This document shows positions 27,406-35,108 of a stretch of DNA of 45,466 bases, piece after piece. The notes beneath the pieces are model-generated. The model did no database searches. It was not told the origin of the DNA and worked only from the letters and a program-made list of their open reading frames with translations. How positions within the stretch are numbered: position 1 is the first letter of the stretch; every line of letters begins with the position of its first letter. The position numbers and the translations under genes were made by a program. This DNA is from a virus (lineage: Duplodnaviria > Caudoviricetes), in the IMG/VR virus record IMGVR_UViG_3300024998_000191, positions 1 to 45,466 of that record; one strand, 5' to 3'.

Positions 27406-27756
27406 CTACGCGTTTACCAGAAACAGCGACTGGCACGGTCTCGTGACGTCTTCCGGCATGTATACGAGATCAAATCGGCCGATTTTGTGCGTCGTTTCCA
27501 TCGACCGAACGGGGCTGCCTGCATGCGCAGCTTCGTGGCATTCGATCCATCCGGTCCAGTCCTTCGGCTGTCCATATGGATCGGCTCCGCTGTCGATCAT
27601 CGACTGAACGGCGTCGGCGCACCGGAGGCGAAGATCTGGGAATTGTTTGATCTTGCCGCAATCAAGGTCGTACTTGCGGCATCGCGGGCATTGCAGACAT
27701 TCGCCGCGCAGGATGTGAATGGTGACGACTGGATCAGAAAAACCTGCCCCGCTCAT
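27406..27756 (-). CDS. Hypothetical zinc-finger-like protein
   Basis: QCPRCRKY...DLRLRC; start at MSGAG. Confidence 0.55.
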   Translation of the reverse strand: MSGAGFSDPVVTIHILRGECLQCPRCRKYDLDCGKIKQFPDLRLRCADAVQSMIDSGADPYGQPKDWTGWIECHEAAHAGSPVRSMETTHKIGRFDLVYMPEDVTRPCQSLFLVNA

Positions 27757-28168
27757 CCCGCGCCCGAAGCCGCGCCAGCAACTCGGCGTTTTCCTTTTCA
27801 ACCTGCGCAAGCGCGGCACGCGCGTTGCAGAGTTGAGACCAGATCACATCACTGTTCCACCGTTCGCCTTCCCATATGTCGCGCGCCGTCGCATAGGCCC
27901 ATCCTCCAGCCGCTCCGGCGATGCCGATCAGGACAATTGCGAGGGGCAGGAGAGGCGATGGGTGGCCAGTGAGCATGAGGCCGATGTTGAGCCAGGTGAA
28001 GGCAGCGATGGTCAACAGTCCTGTGTTAAGGGCAAAGACCAAGATCATCTTGCTAAACCTGCGAGGCGGCACCACGAACGCAGCGGCGACTAGGGAGGTT
28101 TTATCCCACATCTCACGCATCATGTTGTCTATTTCCGCTTCTGGATCTGTCAGTTTGTCTTGACTCAT
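27734..28168 (-). CDS. Membrane protein with C-terminal coiled coil
   Basis: TM segments, AGAAGGWAYATA motif, ends RDERGRFF; RBS GGAGG. Confidence 0.65.
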   Translation of the reverse strand: MSQDKLTDPEAEIDNMMREMWDKTSLVAAAFVVPPRRFSKMILVFALNTGLLTIAAFTWLNIGLMLTGHPSPLLPLAIVLIGIAGAAGGWAYATARDIWEGERWNSDVIWSQLCNARAALAQVEKENAELLARLRARDERGRFF

Positions 28169-28239
28169 AATTCCCTCCCCTGTTTCGGCCACCATGTCAC
28201 AACCGGAACGACACCGCAACGACAGTTTTGAGCTGAATA

Positions 28240-29562
28240 TCAAACGCCGACCAAATAAAGCGCCTCACTCGGCCTCGTGACGGCCACATAAAACAGCTGC
28301 TGGGCTTCCAGTAAATTATCCCGTTCCCGGCGGCGGATATCTCCGACGTCTACGAATGCTTTCTGGAAAGTCGAGCCTTGCGAGGTATGGACCGTCATAC
28401 CGTAGATCGACTGCATCCGCGCCAGTTCGGCCTGGAAGTCATGCAGATGCTTCCACCGGTATCGAGCGAACGTCGCCTCGTCCTTGATACGGTCAATCAC
28501 CCGGTTATAGGCGGCTTCATCTGAAGGCGTGTGGACGGTGACGGTCCCCCCTTCGTCGCGTTTGAGTTTGACTCGCCAGCTCGGGATCTCGGCTGCCCAG
28601 GGTCCGCAATCGCCGCAGGCCTCGAAGTGATACGAGAAGCTATCCTCGCCGATCTCAAGGACAGTAGCCTCCTCGTTGGTGTTCAGCTTGATCTCGCTGT
28701 CCTTGATCACCGGCGCGCGCATGAGGGCGCGTTCGCCCGGCATGAACGGTGTGGGGATGTTGTCGCCATACCGGAATCGGCGGATCTTGGTGTTGACCTC
28801 CGCTACGCGCGCGTTTGTCCATGCCAGGAAGCGGAAGGTGTCCGGATCGGCCTCGAACTCGGGCGATGTGAACGCCTTCTCAAGCCACGCATCTGCGGAC
28901 CTCCCGGGCATGTATACGCCGAGAGGGGGAGCGTTCGCAGATTTGCACCACGACCAGTCCATCGGACCGCCCTGCGCCTTCCTGATGGCCGTCGCGGCGT
29001 CGAGGATGGGGTTGCCTGCGGCCTGGCGGACGATGATGTCCAGGTGACTCCGTAACGGCGTGGCGAAGGTCTGGCTTTCCCTCTCCTCGACGGGCGGGAG
29101 CTGGGCAGGGTCGCCGACGAACAAGACGAACGAATTCTGGAGGTGGCGCCGGATGTGGCCCATCAGATCAGCATCTACCATCGAGCACTCATCGACGACG
29201 ACGACATCGGCCTTCACCGGCTCGGCGTGCTTGGCACGCTGGAACACCAGCCGGTCGCCGTATGGTTTGGCGCGAAGGCTCAGGAGGCTGTGGATCGTCA
29301 GGCAGGGAACATCGCCCAGCCCGCACTGTTTGAGCTTCTTCGAGAGGACCGCCACGGCCTTGTAGGTGGGGGCGGTCATGGCGACAGACTGGCCCGACGC
29401 TTTGAGTGCCTGCGCGACACGCTGCATCAGCGTGGTCTTCCCGGTCCCGGCATATCCAGACAGCAGAAAGTGCCGGCCCCGTTTGCGCGCTTCGAGGATC
29501 TCGCCGAGGGCCTTCTCCTGATCCGGTGTGAGGGTTAACTCTGGTTCGGCTCCATCCGTCAC
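28240..29562 (-). CDS. Dda/RecD-like SF1B DNA helicase
   Basis: GYAGTGKTT, TAPT, VVVDECSM, GDPAQLPPV, TVHTSQGST and YVAVTR motifs. Confidence 0.92.
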   Translation of the reverse strand: MTDGAEPELTLTPDQEKALGEILEARKRGRHFLLSGYAGTGKTTLMQRVAQALKASGQSVAMTAPTYKAVAVLSKKLKQCGLGDVPCLTIHSLLSLRAKPYGDRLVFQRAKHAEPVKADVVVVDECSMVDADLMGHIRRHLQNSFVLFVGDPAQLPPVEERESQTFATPLRSHLDIIVRQAAGNPILDAATAIRKAQGGPMDWSWCKSANAPPLGVYMPGRSADAWLEKAFTSPEFEADPDTFRFLAWTNARVAEVNTKIRRFRYGDNIPTPFMPGERALMRAPVIKDSEIKLNTNEEATVLEIGEDSFSYHFEACGDCGPWAAEIPSWRVKLKRDEGGTVTVHTPSDEAAYNRVIDRIKDEATFARYRWKHLHDFQAELARMQSIYGMTVHTSQGSTFQKAFVDVGDIRRRERDNLLEAQQLFYVAVTRPSEALYLVGV

Positions 29563-30146
29563 ATAGCCCCGCTCTCTGCAGGCGCGCAGCCTGCCAGGGC
29601 CATACGGACCATCTCCGAGACGCGGGCTCTGCTGGCCTCACGTTCCTCTGGTGTCATTGGAGGATCAGGCTCGACGGCTGCAGCCGCGATGATGCGCTGA
29701 CACAGGAACAGGGCCGCTCGTTCTTTCGAAACGGCTTTCCGGCAAAGGCCTACGATGTCAGCCGGTACGGGCTTGCGCTTTCCGTTCTTCAGCCACTCGA
29801 TTCGGGCTTCCTCGATCGCCCATTGAGGAAAGCCTGATAGGCAGGCAATCCAGTCGTTCTTGATCGCGGTGTAGACCGCGGCCGGGAGCTGCACGGTGTA
29901 GAAGTGGGTGAGAAGTGCCGCGATCGCTCCAGTCGACCATTCTCGCGTTGCTGGGACAAGCACCGCATGCAGGCGCTCCATCGAGATCCGCGCCGCCTGT
30001 TGCAACTCCGGCGTGATAGGAGGCATGTCGGTTATCCGCCAAAGCCCGGTTTCGATGTCCATCTCAAGGCTATTCGAAATCGGGGATGCCGAAGCCGGCA
30101 AACATGTTCTCGTGCGCGCTTGGGGCGCGACTTGGTTTCCTGCCAT
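29559..30146 (-). CDS. Replication accessory protein (helicase-loader position)
   Basis: Between initiator and helicase; W...L..FP.WAI..A...W......P.PADI motif typical of genes following O-like initiators. Confidence 0.55.
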   Translation of the reverse strand: MAGNQVAPQARTRTCLPASASPISNSLEMDIETGLWRITDMPPITPELQQAARISMERLHAVLVPATREWSTGAIAALLTHFYTVQLPAAVYTAIKNDWIACLSGFPQWAIEEARIEWLKNGKRKPVPADIVGLCRKAVSKERAALFLCQRIIAAAAVEPDPPMTPEEREASRARVSEMVRMALAGCAPAESGAM

Positions 30147-30816
30147 GGTTAAAATCTCCTTTCACAGCAAAGAGGCCCGTCCATCCGCGCAGGATGGATT
30201 GGTTGATGACGTCGGTCGGGTCGTTACCCTCCTGACGAAGCTTTTCGAGTGACCTGACAGCAAGGCGAAGGGCATGATCGGTCACGCCGATCTTCAACGC
30301 CTTGCGGTGATCCATGTATGCTTTCCAGGAGGTTTCCGGAATCCAATCCGGACGCAGGAAAGCAGGCTTAGGAGTTTTGGATCCTATACTATCCTTTCTT
30401 TGTTCTTTGTTATCCTTGTTACTATTTGTCCCGCTTCTGTCCCGCTTTTGTCCCGCCTCTGTCTCGGTCTGCGTCCCGCTGATGTCCCGCACATCCTGAT
30501 AAAGCGAGTAGTTACAGACAGTTATGATGATCTGCGCTGTCCCGCCCTCCGTCTCGATTAATTTCCACTTTCTGAGCCGTTCGAGGAAGCGCGCAGCCCT
30601 GTTGCGATGCCAGCCCCACGCAGTCGCGAGAAAACGGATTGAATACGACAACTGCCCGCGCTGGATGGGAACGGGGTTCCCTCGGATGCTGACTAACGTC
30701 TCGGCGTACGCCGCGTTTTCAATAATCCAAACCCAGGCATCTCGGTCAGAATATTCCTGACCTGCAAAAACAGGATGCGACTGCCAGCCGCGTTTCATCG
30801 CGTACCAGCCAGTCAT
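30070..30816 (-). CDS. Replication initiation protein (lambda O-like organisation)
   Basis: GW....R, RGQL..S.RFLA..WGW......RFL..L and ITVCNY..YQ motifs; internal iteron region; C-terminal W..Y..HRK...I.QSI.RGW.GLF. Confidence 0.8.
   Translation of the reverse strand: MTGWYAMKRGWQSHPVFAGQEYSDRDAWVWIIENAAYAETLVSIRGNPVPIQRGQLSYSIRFLATAWGWHRNRAARFLERLRKWKLIETEGGTAQIIITVCNYSLYQDVRDISGTQTETEAGQKRDRSGTNSNKDNKEQRKDSIGSKTPKPAFLRPDWIPETSWKAYMDHRKALKIGVTDHALRLAVRSLEKLRQEGNDPTDVINQSILRGWTGLFAVKGDFNHGRKPSRAPSAHENMFAGFGIPDFE
30427..30490. repeat. Replication origin iterons: TGTCCCGC-type repeats at ~11-bp spacing next to an AT-rich tract
   Basis: Copies start at 30427, 30438, 30449, 30460 (degenerate), 30472 (CGTCCCGC) and 30483, inside the initiator gene. 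Confidence 0.75.
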
Positions 30817-30886
30817 TTTACTGTACTTCTACAAGGCGTCACGTCTCCCCATGCGCTTTCCCGGCCTTGGATGGCCGCTTGAATTC

Positions 30887-30969
30887 TGGTGGCGGAACCG
30901 GCCCGGTCTGCAATGCCGGGATCAAGGGCGCTTAAGAACCAATGAAAGGCCCCGGACCGGTCCGCCATA
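30887..30969 (-). ncRNA. C4/CI-like antisense RNA
   Basis: TATGGCGG...CCGCCACCA closing stem; internal ATTGCAGACCGG is the exact complement of upstream CCGGTCTGCAAT (31033-31022); preceded by a terminator. Architecture as in P1 C4 / P4 CI RNA loci. Confidence 0.65.
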
Positions 30970-30975
30970 GACAAT

Positions 30976-30997
30976 AAAAAACGCGCCTTAAAGCGCG
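30976..30997 (-). terminator. Intrinsic terminator upstream of the C4-like RNA
   Basis: CGCGC-tttaag-GCGCG followed by T6. Confidence 0.65.
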
Positions 30998-31103
30998 CTG
31001 CGCTTAAGCTTATACGACCGGATTGCAGACCGGTGGTGAATCATCACCATGACATAAACGTAGCCGAATCAATGCATCGATTAAATAGGTACGTATTCCT
31101 CTT

Positions 31104-31382
31104 TTAAACTTGGCTCAGCCATCTATCGTGTATTTTAGTCGAGAATCCTTCCGGCTGTGCGGAGGGCGGAATGCCGTCAGTGCGCTTGACGCAGTATTCC
31201 ATCTCGTCGTGCGTCTCATTCCATCGGCGCGAAATATACGCATTCTGCCAGAGGCTGGCGAGCGCACGCCCGAGTTGATCTGCATTCGAGAACTCGGCGT
31301 GCAGTGATGATTTCGTGGCCGGGATCAAGCGGATATTTTTGCGCGCGATCGCGCAGAGAACGGATTGGCGAAAAGCTTTCAT
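31104..31382 (-). CDS. Hypothetical protein
   Basis: ATGA overlap with the methylase gene. Confidence 0.5.
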   Translation of the reverse strand: MKAFRQSVLCAIARKNIRLIPATKSSLHAEFSNADQLGRALASLWQNAYISRRWNETHDEMEYCVKRTDGIPPSAQPEGFSTKIHDRWLSQV

Positions 31383-31984
31383 GCGGCCTCGCCGTATTTC
31401 CCGGCCTGGTCTCCCCACGAAGTCCAATTCTTGCGGTCGGTCTGGGAAAACAACTCCAAATAGGGGCCGTCGAACAGATCCTCGATTAACGGATACATTT
31501 CGTCGGGTTTGCGGCTGTGTTCACGTCGGATGGTGGCAACGATAGCACCGATGTCCAGAAGGTTTTCAGGTACATCTCCGGTTAACAAGCAATTGCGCGT
31601 AGAACGGTTCTTAATGGCGGGCTCGCCGTGGGTGCCGACAAGAAAGAGTTCAGCAGTCCCTCGCAGGATAAATCCCGTGCCGAAAGCCTGCTTGCCACCG
31701 CTCGTGAGCTTGGTCCAGGGGCCGCCAGTCTTGTACTTGAACCCCCAACAGGCCATTAGATCGAGTGCTTCCTGCAGCATCGGGAAGACCGCCCACATGA
31801 TGCAAACGGAGTTCGGCGCTGTAGCAAAGACGATCTGGTCCCGCATGGCTTTCAACTCGTCGAGCGTCATGCAGTCGTAGTGAGCCTGCGGGCTTTTCTC
31901 GTATCCCTTCTCGGAATACATCTGGTACGCCCACGGCGGGTCGCAGTAAATCGTTGCGAATTGACCGGGAGGAAAGGGGGTCAT
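31379..31984 (-). CDS. MT-A70-family adenine methyltransferase (orphan)
   Basis: YCDPPW, HY.CM, WGFKYKT, REHSRKPDE, YLELF and WGDQ motifs. Confidence 0.92.
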   Translation of the reverse strand: MTPFPPGQFATIYCDPPWAYQMYSEKGYEKSPQAHYDCMTLDELKAMRDQIVFATAPNSVCIMWAVFPMLQEALDLMACWGFKYKTGGPWTKLTSGGKQAFGTGFILRGTAELFLVGTHGEPAIKNRSTRNCLLTGDVPENLLDIGAIVATIRREHSRKPDEMYPLIEDLFDGPYLELFSQTDRKNWTSWGDQAGKYGEAA

Positions 31985-32166
31985 TTGGCCTCCTCGTTCA
32001 CTACCTTCAGATGCTGAACGTCAGGGCGGTCTTTGTACCTCGCGTATAGCCGATGGATTTGAGCGGACGCAGGATCGTGCGGCCGGTCATAGCATCGTTC
32101 TGTTCGCTGCGTCGGCTCAGCTTCGGGGTGCTTCGGCTTGAATGTGATGATAAGTGCAATACTCAC
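31981..32166 (-). CDS. Hypothetical protein
   Basis: Overlap-coupled at both ends. Confidence 0.5.
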   Translation of the reverse strand: MSIALIITFKPKHPEAEPTQRTERCYDRPHDPASAQIHRLYARYKDRPDVQHLKVVNEEAK

Positions 32167-32549
32167 TGTGCGTCCTTAATTCCATAATCTTCCCTCAAAA
32201 TCCGCGCGACCTGGTTCACGCAATCACTTGATGATTCGGCAATGATGAATCTGTGGTCGAAGCCAAGCGCGCCCAGCAAATTCGCTCGCTTTTGCTGCGC
32301 CTTGCTGATTACCCCGGTCATAGTTTTGAATTCCAGGATCAGCATCCTTGGAGGGTGTCCGATATAAATATCCAGGTCTGGGTGCCCGATTTTCATTCCC
32401 ATTTTGATGAGCTTGAAGAGCGTATGCTTCGGGCGTTTGCCTTCCACGGGCGAGTGGTTGAACGTCAAGTGACCCCGGTTCTCAAGGAATTCGAGATACT
32501 TTATGGTCTCCATCTGACACTGGTCTTCGAGGCGCGTATCGAGGGTCAT
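32163..32549 (-). CDS. VRR-NUC domain nuclease (putative resolvase)
   Basis: E...Q, HSP.EG, GHPDL and LEFKT..G..S..Q motifs. Confidence 0.8.
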   Translation of the reverse strand: MTLDTRLEDQCQMETIKYLEFLENRGHLTFNHSPVEGKRPKHTLFKLIKMGMKIGHPDLDIYIGHPPRMLILEFKTMTGVISKAQQKRANLLGALGFDHRFIIAESSSDCVNQVARILREDYGIKDAQ

Positions 32550-33436
32550 GCAGCCTCAGCTCGTGGCGGTGGCCATTCGATCTTGCAGATGCGGTCCCTG
32601 ACGGATTCCCTCGCCCACAAGGGAGGCGTGGAATAATCTACGTGCGGACCGACCGATGCGACCACTCTTTCCAAGGCAGACCTGGCGTCCCTCGGGTAAT
32701 TCAGGCGCTCCGAAAGGATGATGTCTCTCTTCAGGCCTTCCATGAGCTGGCGCAAAAGGGACGGCGCCGCAGCTTCCGTTGCGTCTGTCATAGCCTCGAT
32801 CCACTCTTCCGGCATTTCGAACGGGGCAATGTAGAGCTTGATTATAGCGTAGCGCTCTTCAGGTCCCGGCAGGGGGATGTCGAGCTGCATTCCGAAGCGC
32901 CGCCATAAAGCTGGATCGAGGCTGCCCGGACGATTGGTTGCCGCAATCATGCTTCCGTTGAACGCTTCAATCCTTGCAAGCAGGGAATCAACGACGGAGT
33001 TGTGCGACCGATCGGATGCCTGGGAGACGTCAGTGCGCGCGACGCCGATTGCGTCGAACTCATCGAGAAACAGGATGTATGACCCGGCTTGATCGCGGAC
33101 GCTTTCGAACAGATCCGCGATGTTATTTTCCGTTTCGCCCACATATTTGCTTTGGAGACGGTCGAGATGAACGCATACTAATGCGATCCCCAACCGCGCC
33201 GCCAGATGGTGGGCGAGGGTAGTCTTCCCGCACCCCGGAGGGCCGGACAGAAGGGCGGTGCGTCTTGGGGATACCCCGACAGCGGCAAGCTCCTCCTCGC
33301 ACCGGATCTCCGTCATCCATTGATGGACCGCACCTCGGACGGCACGCGGCAAAATCGGCTGGATCGCGTCCTCTGGGTATAGAACGGTGGCCATATCCCG
33401 TAAGGCGGTGGAGAGCACAAACTGAGTCGACCTCAT
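32546..33436 (-). CDS. AAA+ ATPase
   Basis: GPPGCGKT, LFLDEFDAI and AATNRPGSLDPALWRRF motifs. Confidence 0.92.
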   Translation of the reverse strand: MRSTQFVLSTALRDMATVLYPEDAIQPILPRAVRGAVHQWMTEIRCEEELAAVGVSPRRTALLSGPPGCGKTTLAHHLAARLGIALVCVHLDRLQSKYVGETENNIADLFESVRDQAGSYILFLDEFDAIGVARTDVSQASDRSHNSVVDSLLARIEAFNGSMIAATNRPGSLDPALWRRFGMQLDIPLPGPEERYAIIKLYIAPFEMPEEWIEAMTDATEAAAPSLLRQLMEGLKRDIILSERLNYPRDARSALERVVASVGPHVDYSTPPLWARESVRDRICKIEWPPPRAEAA

Positions 33437-34059
33437 TGCTCGCCCCCCGCATCAGGTTGCGGAGTGTCCGGCTTCCGCCGTCTGAACGGCTCGGGAATGT
33501 CCATCCCATCCGTGCCCAGCGCAGCGCACCAGGCTTCGTCCCAGATGGCCCTACGCTTGTCACCGGCGGCGAACGGGTTGCGCGTGACCGGAATGCCTTG
33601 CAACGCAGCCTCAGTACCCATCGCGCGTGCGTCGTCCGCAGATACTGCGCTATGGGGGTCAACCGGCTCGTCTTCTGGTTCGTCCAGCGCCTCGTGGCCC
33701 GGCGCACCATCAGGGTCATCGTGCCTTGGAGGGGGAGCGGACAGTCTGCGCCGTGCAGCTTCGCCGAGAGGAGTGTCAAAGAGCATGCCGAGGGCAGCTC
33801 TATAGATGTCCAGAAGCGCTTCCTGCTCATCCCGTTGCTCTTGTGTAAGCCGGCGGAGCTTGATAATCGCATTGATCGTAGGAACATCGAATCCGAAGCT
33901 CTTCGCTTCCGCTTTTACTTCCTTGATGTCATCGGCGATCCCTCGCTTCTCTTCTTCGAGACGTTCGATGCGTTCAATGTAGGACAGCAGTCTAGCGCCA
34001 GATACGCCACTTACTTCAGATGAGTCGGCTTCCGCCTTTTTATTGGGCCTCGCAGCCAT
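33433..34059 (-). CDS. gapR: GapR (DUF2312) DNA-binding protein fused to an RMF-like C-terminal domain
   Basis: RLLSYIERIERLEEEK..IADDIKEV.AEAK..GFD...Y..ALGM; C-terminal A..G..AA..G.....NPF......AIWDEAW. Confidence 0.85.
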   Translation of the reverse strand: MAARPNKKAEADSSEVSGVSGARLLSYIERIERLEEEKRGIADDIKEVKAEAKSFGFDVPTINAIIKLRRLTQEQRDEQEALLDIYRAALGMLFDTPLGEAARRRLSAPPPRHDDPDGAPGHEALDEPEDEPVDPHSAVSADDARAMGTEAALQGIPVTRNPFAAGDKRRAIWDEAWCAALGTDGMDIPEPFRRRKPDTPQPDAGGEQ

Positions 34060-34135
34060 TGGTTTTCCCTTTCTTGTTGGGCCTTGCGGCCGAGTGACTT
34101 CGGCGGACGCACCCGCGAGGATGCGCCCTGCGAAG

Positions 34136-34321
34136 TCACTTCTTCTTCGCGGTCTTCGGCGTGGGTTTGCCGCGCATCGGGCTTTTCGCTTTGACCGTGA
34201 CGGAAGCCTTTGTTGGCGACTTGACCGGCTTCGCGGCTGCTTTCTTCGGTGCCGGCTTTTTCGCAGCATTCTTCGGCGCTGCTTTCGCCGTGGGCTTCTT
34301 GGTTTTCGTGGCGGTTGCCAT
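34136..34321 (-). CDS. Histone H1-like Lys/Ala/Pro-rich protein (61 aa)
   Basis: MATATKTKKPTAKAAPKNAAKKPAPKKAAAK...; RBS AAGGAG. Confidence 0.75.
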   Translation of the reverse strand: MATATKTKKPTAKAAPKNAAKKPAPKKAAAKPVKSPTKASVTVKAKSPMRGKPTPKTAKKK

Positions 34322-34406
34322 AGAGGTTCTCCTTCTTGTTTTTGGGCCTATTGGCCTGAGCCGATCTGGCTCACTCGAACGCCGCCAGAGACGGCGTTCT
34401 GGTGAA

Positions 34407-34760
34407 TCAGGCCGCGTCTGATGTGGTTTCTCCGACAGCGGGGTCCGTGGGAGCAGGCTTCTGCGCAAAAAGGTAGAGCGATTCCCGTAGCAGATAGCCT
34501 TCGAGCGGCCAGATCTGGCGGAAAGCGTCGTCGTAGGCGATCTTCTCGCCGAGGTCCTTGTTGTAATTTTCCGGGTGTGCGCAGGCAGACTTGCCGACGA
34601 CCTGGAATCCGTTGCGCAGCGTGACGACGCAAATCGTCATTGTCCCGTCAGAGATCCGCTCGAATTCGACACTCGTGATAACACTCTCGATCCGTTCTTT
34701 CGTCACAGATACCGCAGGTCTCTTTGCGAGAAGCTCGTCGCGTTGTTGGTCGTCAATCAT
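34407..34760 (-). CDS. N4 Gp49/Sf6 gp66-family protein
   Basis: VT...I, TICV..L.NGF.V.G.SAC..PENY...LG..IA...A...IWPLEGYLL motif; RBS AAGGA before MIDD. Confidence 0.85.
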   Translation of the reverse strand: MIDDQQRDELLAKRPAVSVTKERIESVITSVEFERISDGTMTICVVTLRNGFQVVGKSACAHPENYNKDLGEKIAYDDAFRQIWPLEGYLLRESLYLFAQKPAPTDPAVGETTSDAA

Positions 34761-34792
34761 GATCGTTTCCTTATTTGTTTTTGGGACGTAAT

Positions 34793-35083
34793 GCCCGGAT
34801 TTAAGATCCCACTCTGGCAGGGTGCTCCCAGCTTCACTCGATTTCCCTGATTTCAATTACAAGCCCAAGGGTTGGCCGGACCTTTCCGCTCAAATGCTTG
34901 CTGCGGGGAGTGGAAAACCTCCATCGAATGCATCTAACCCGTGTTGCTCCGGGTTTCAAAGTTGGGCTTCACCGCGAAACCGTAGTCCTTCTGTTGTCGT
35001 TGGCGCCCCCGGCCACCAGATGGCGCGGTGCATAGAATGGCCTTCGATCGATGTAGCTACACGTTGCTACCGACCATCCGGAC
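34793..35083 (-). ncRNA. Putative ~290-nt structured RNA between cro and the Gp49-family gene
   Basis: No convincing ORF; several nested 6-8 bp helices including an end-to-end closing helix. Confidence 0.45.
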
Positions 35084-35108
35084 TTTGAATAACTCACTTG
35101 CTTCATCG

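Noticed and set aside
30427-30490. Mini-CRISPR or VNTR
   Set aside because: 8-bp units at helical spacing inside an initiator gene fit iterons better.
31379-32549. Restriction-modification pair (MT-A70 + nuclease)
   Set aside because: The nuclease is a small VRR-NUC type common in phage replication regions; the methylase is best read as an orphan.
34855-34870. TTACAAGCCC, reminiscent of a twister ribozyme motif
   Set aside because: The other twister elements and pseudoknot partners could not be identified by eye.
34994-35010. GGGGGCGCCAACGACAAC on the minus strand resembles the alphaproteobacterial tmRNA 5' end and ANDN tag start
   Set aside because: The frame reads ANDNRRTTVSR with no terminal AA, the two motifs are directly fused, and no tRNA-like domain is nearby.
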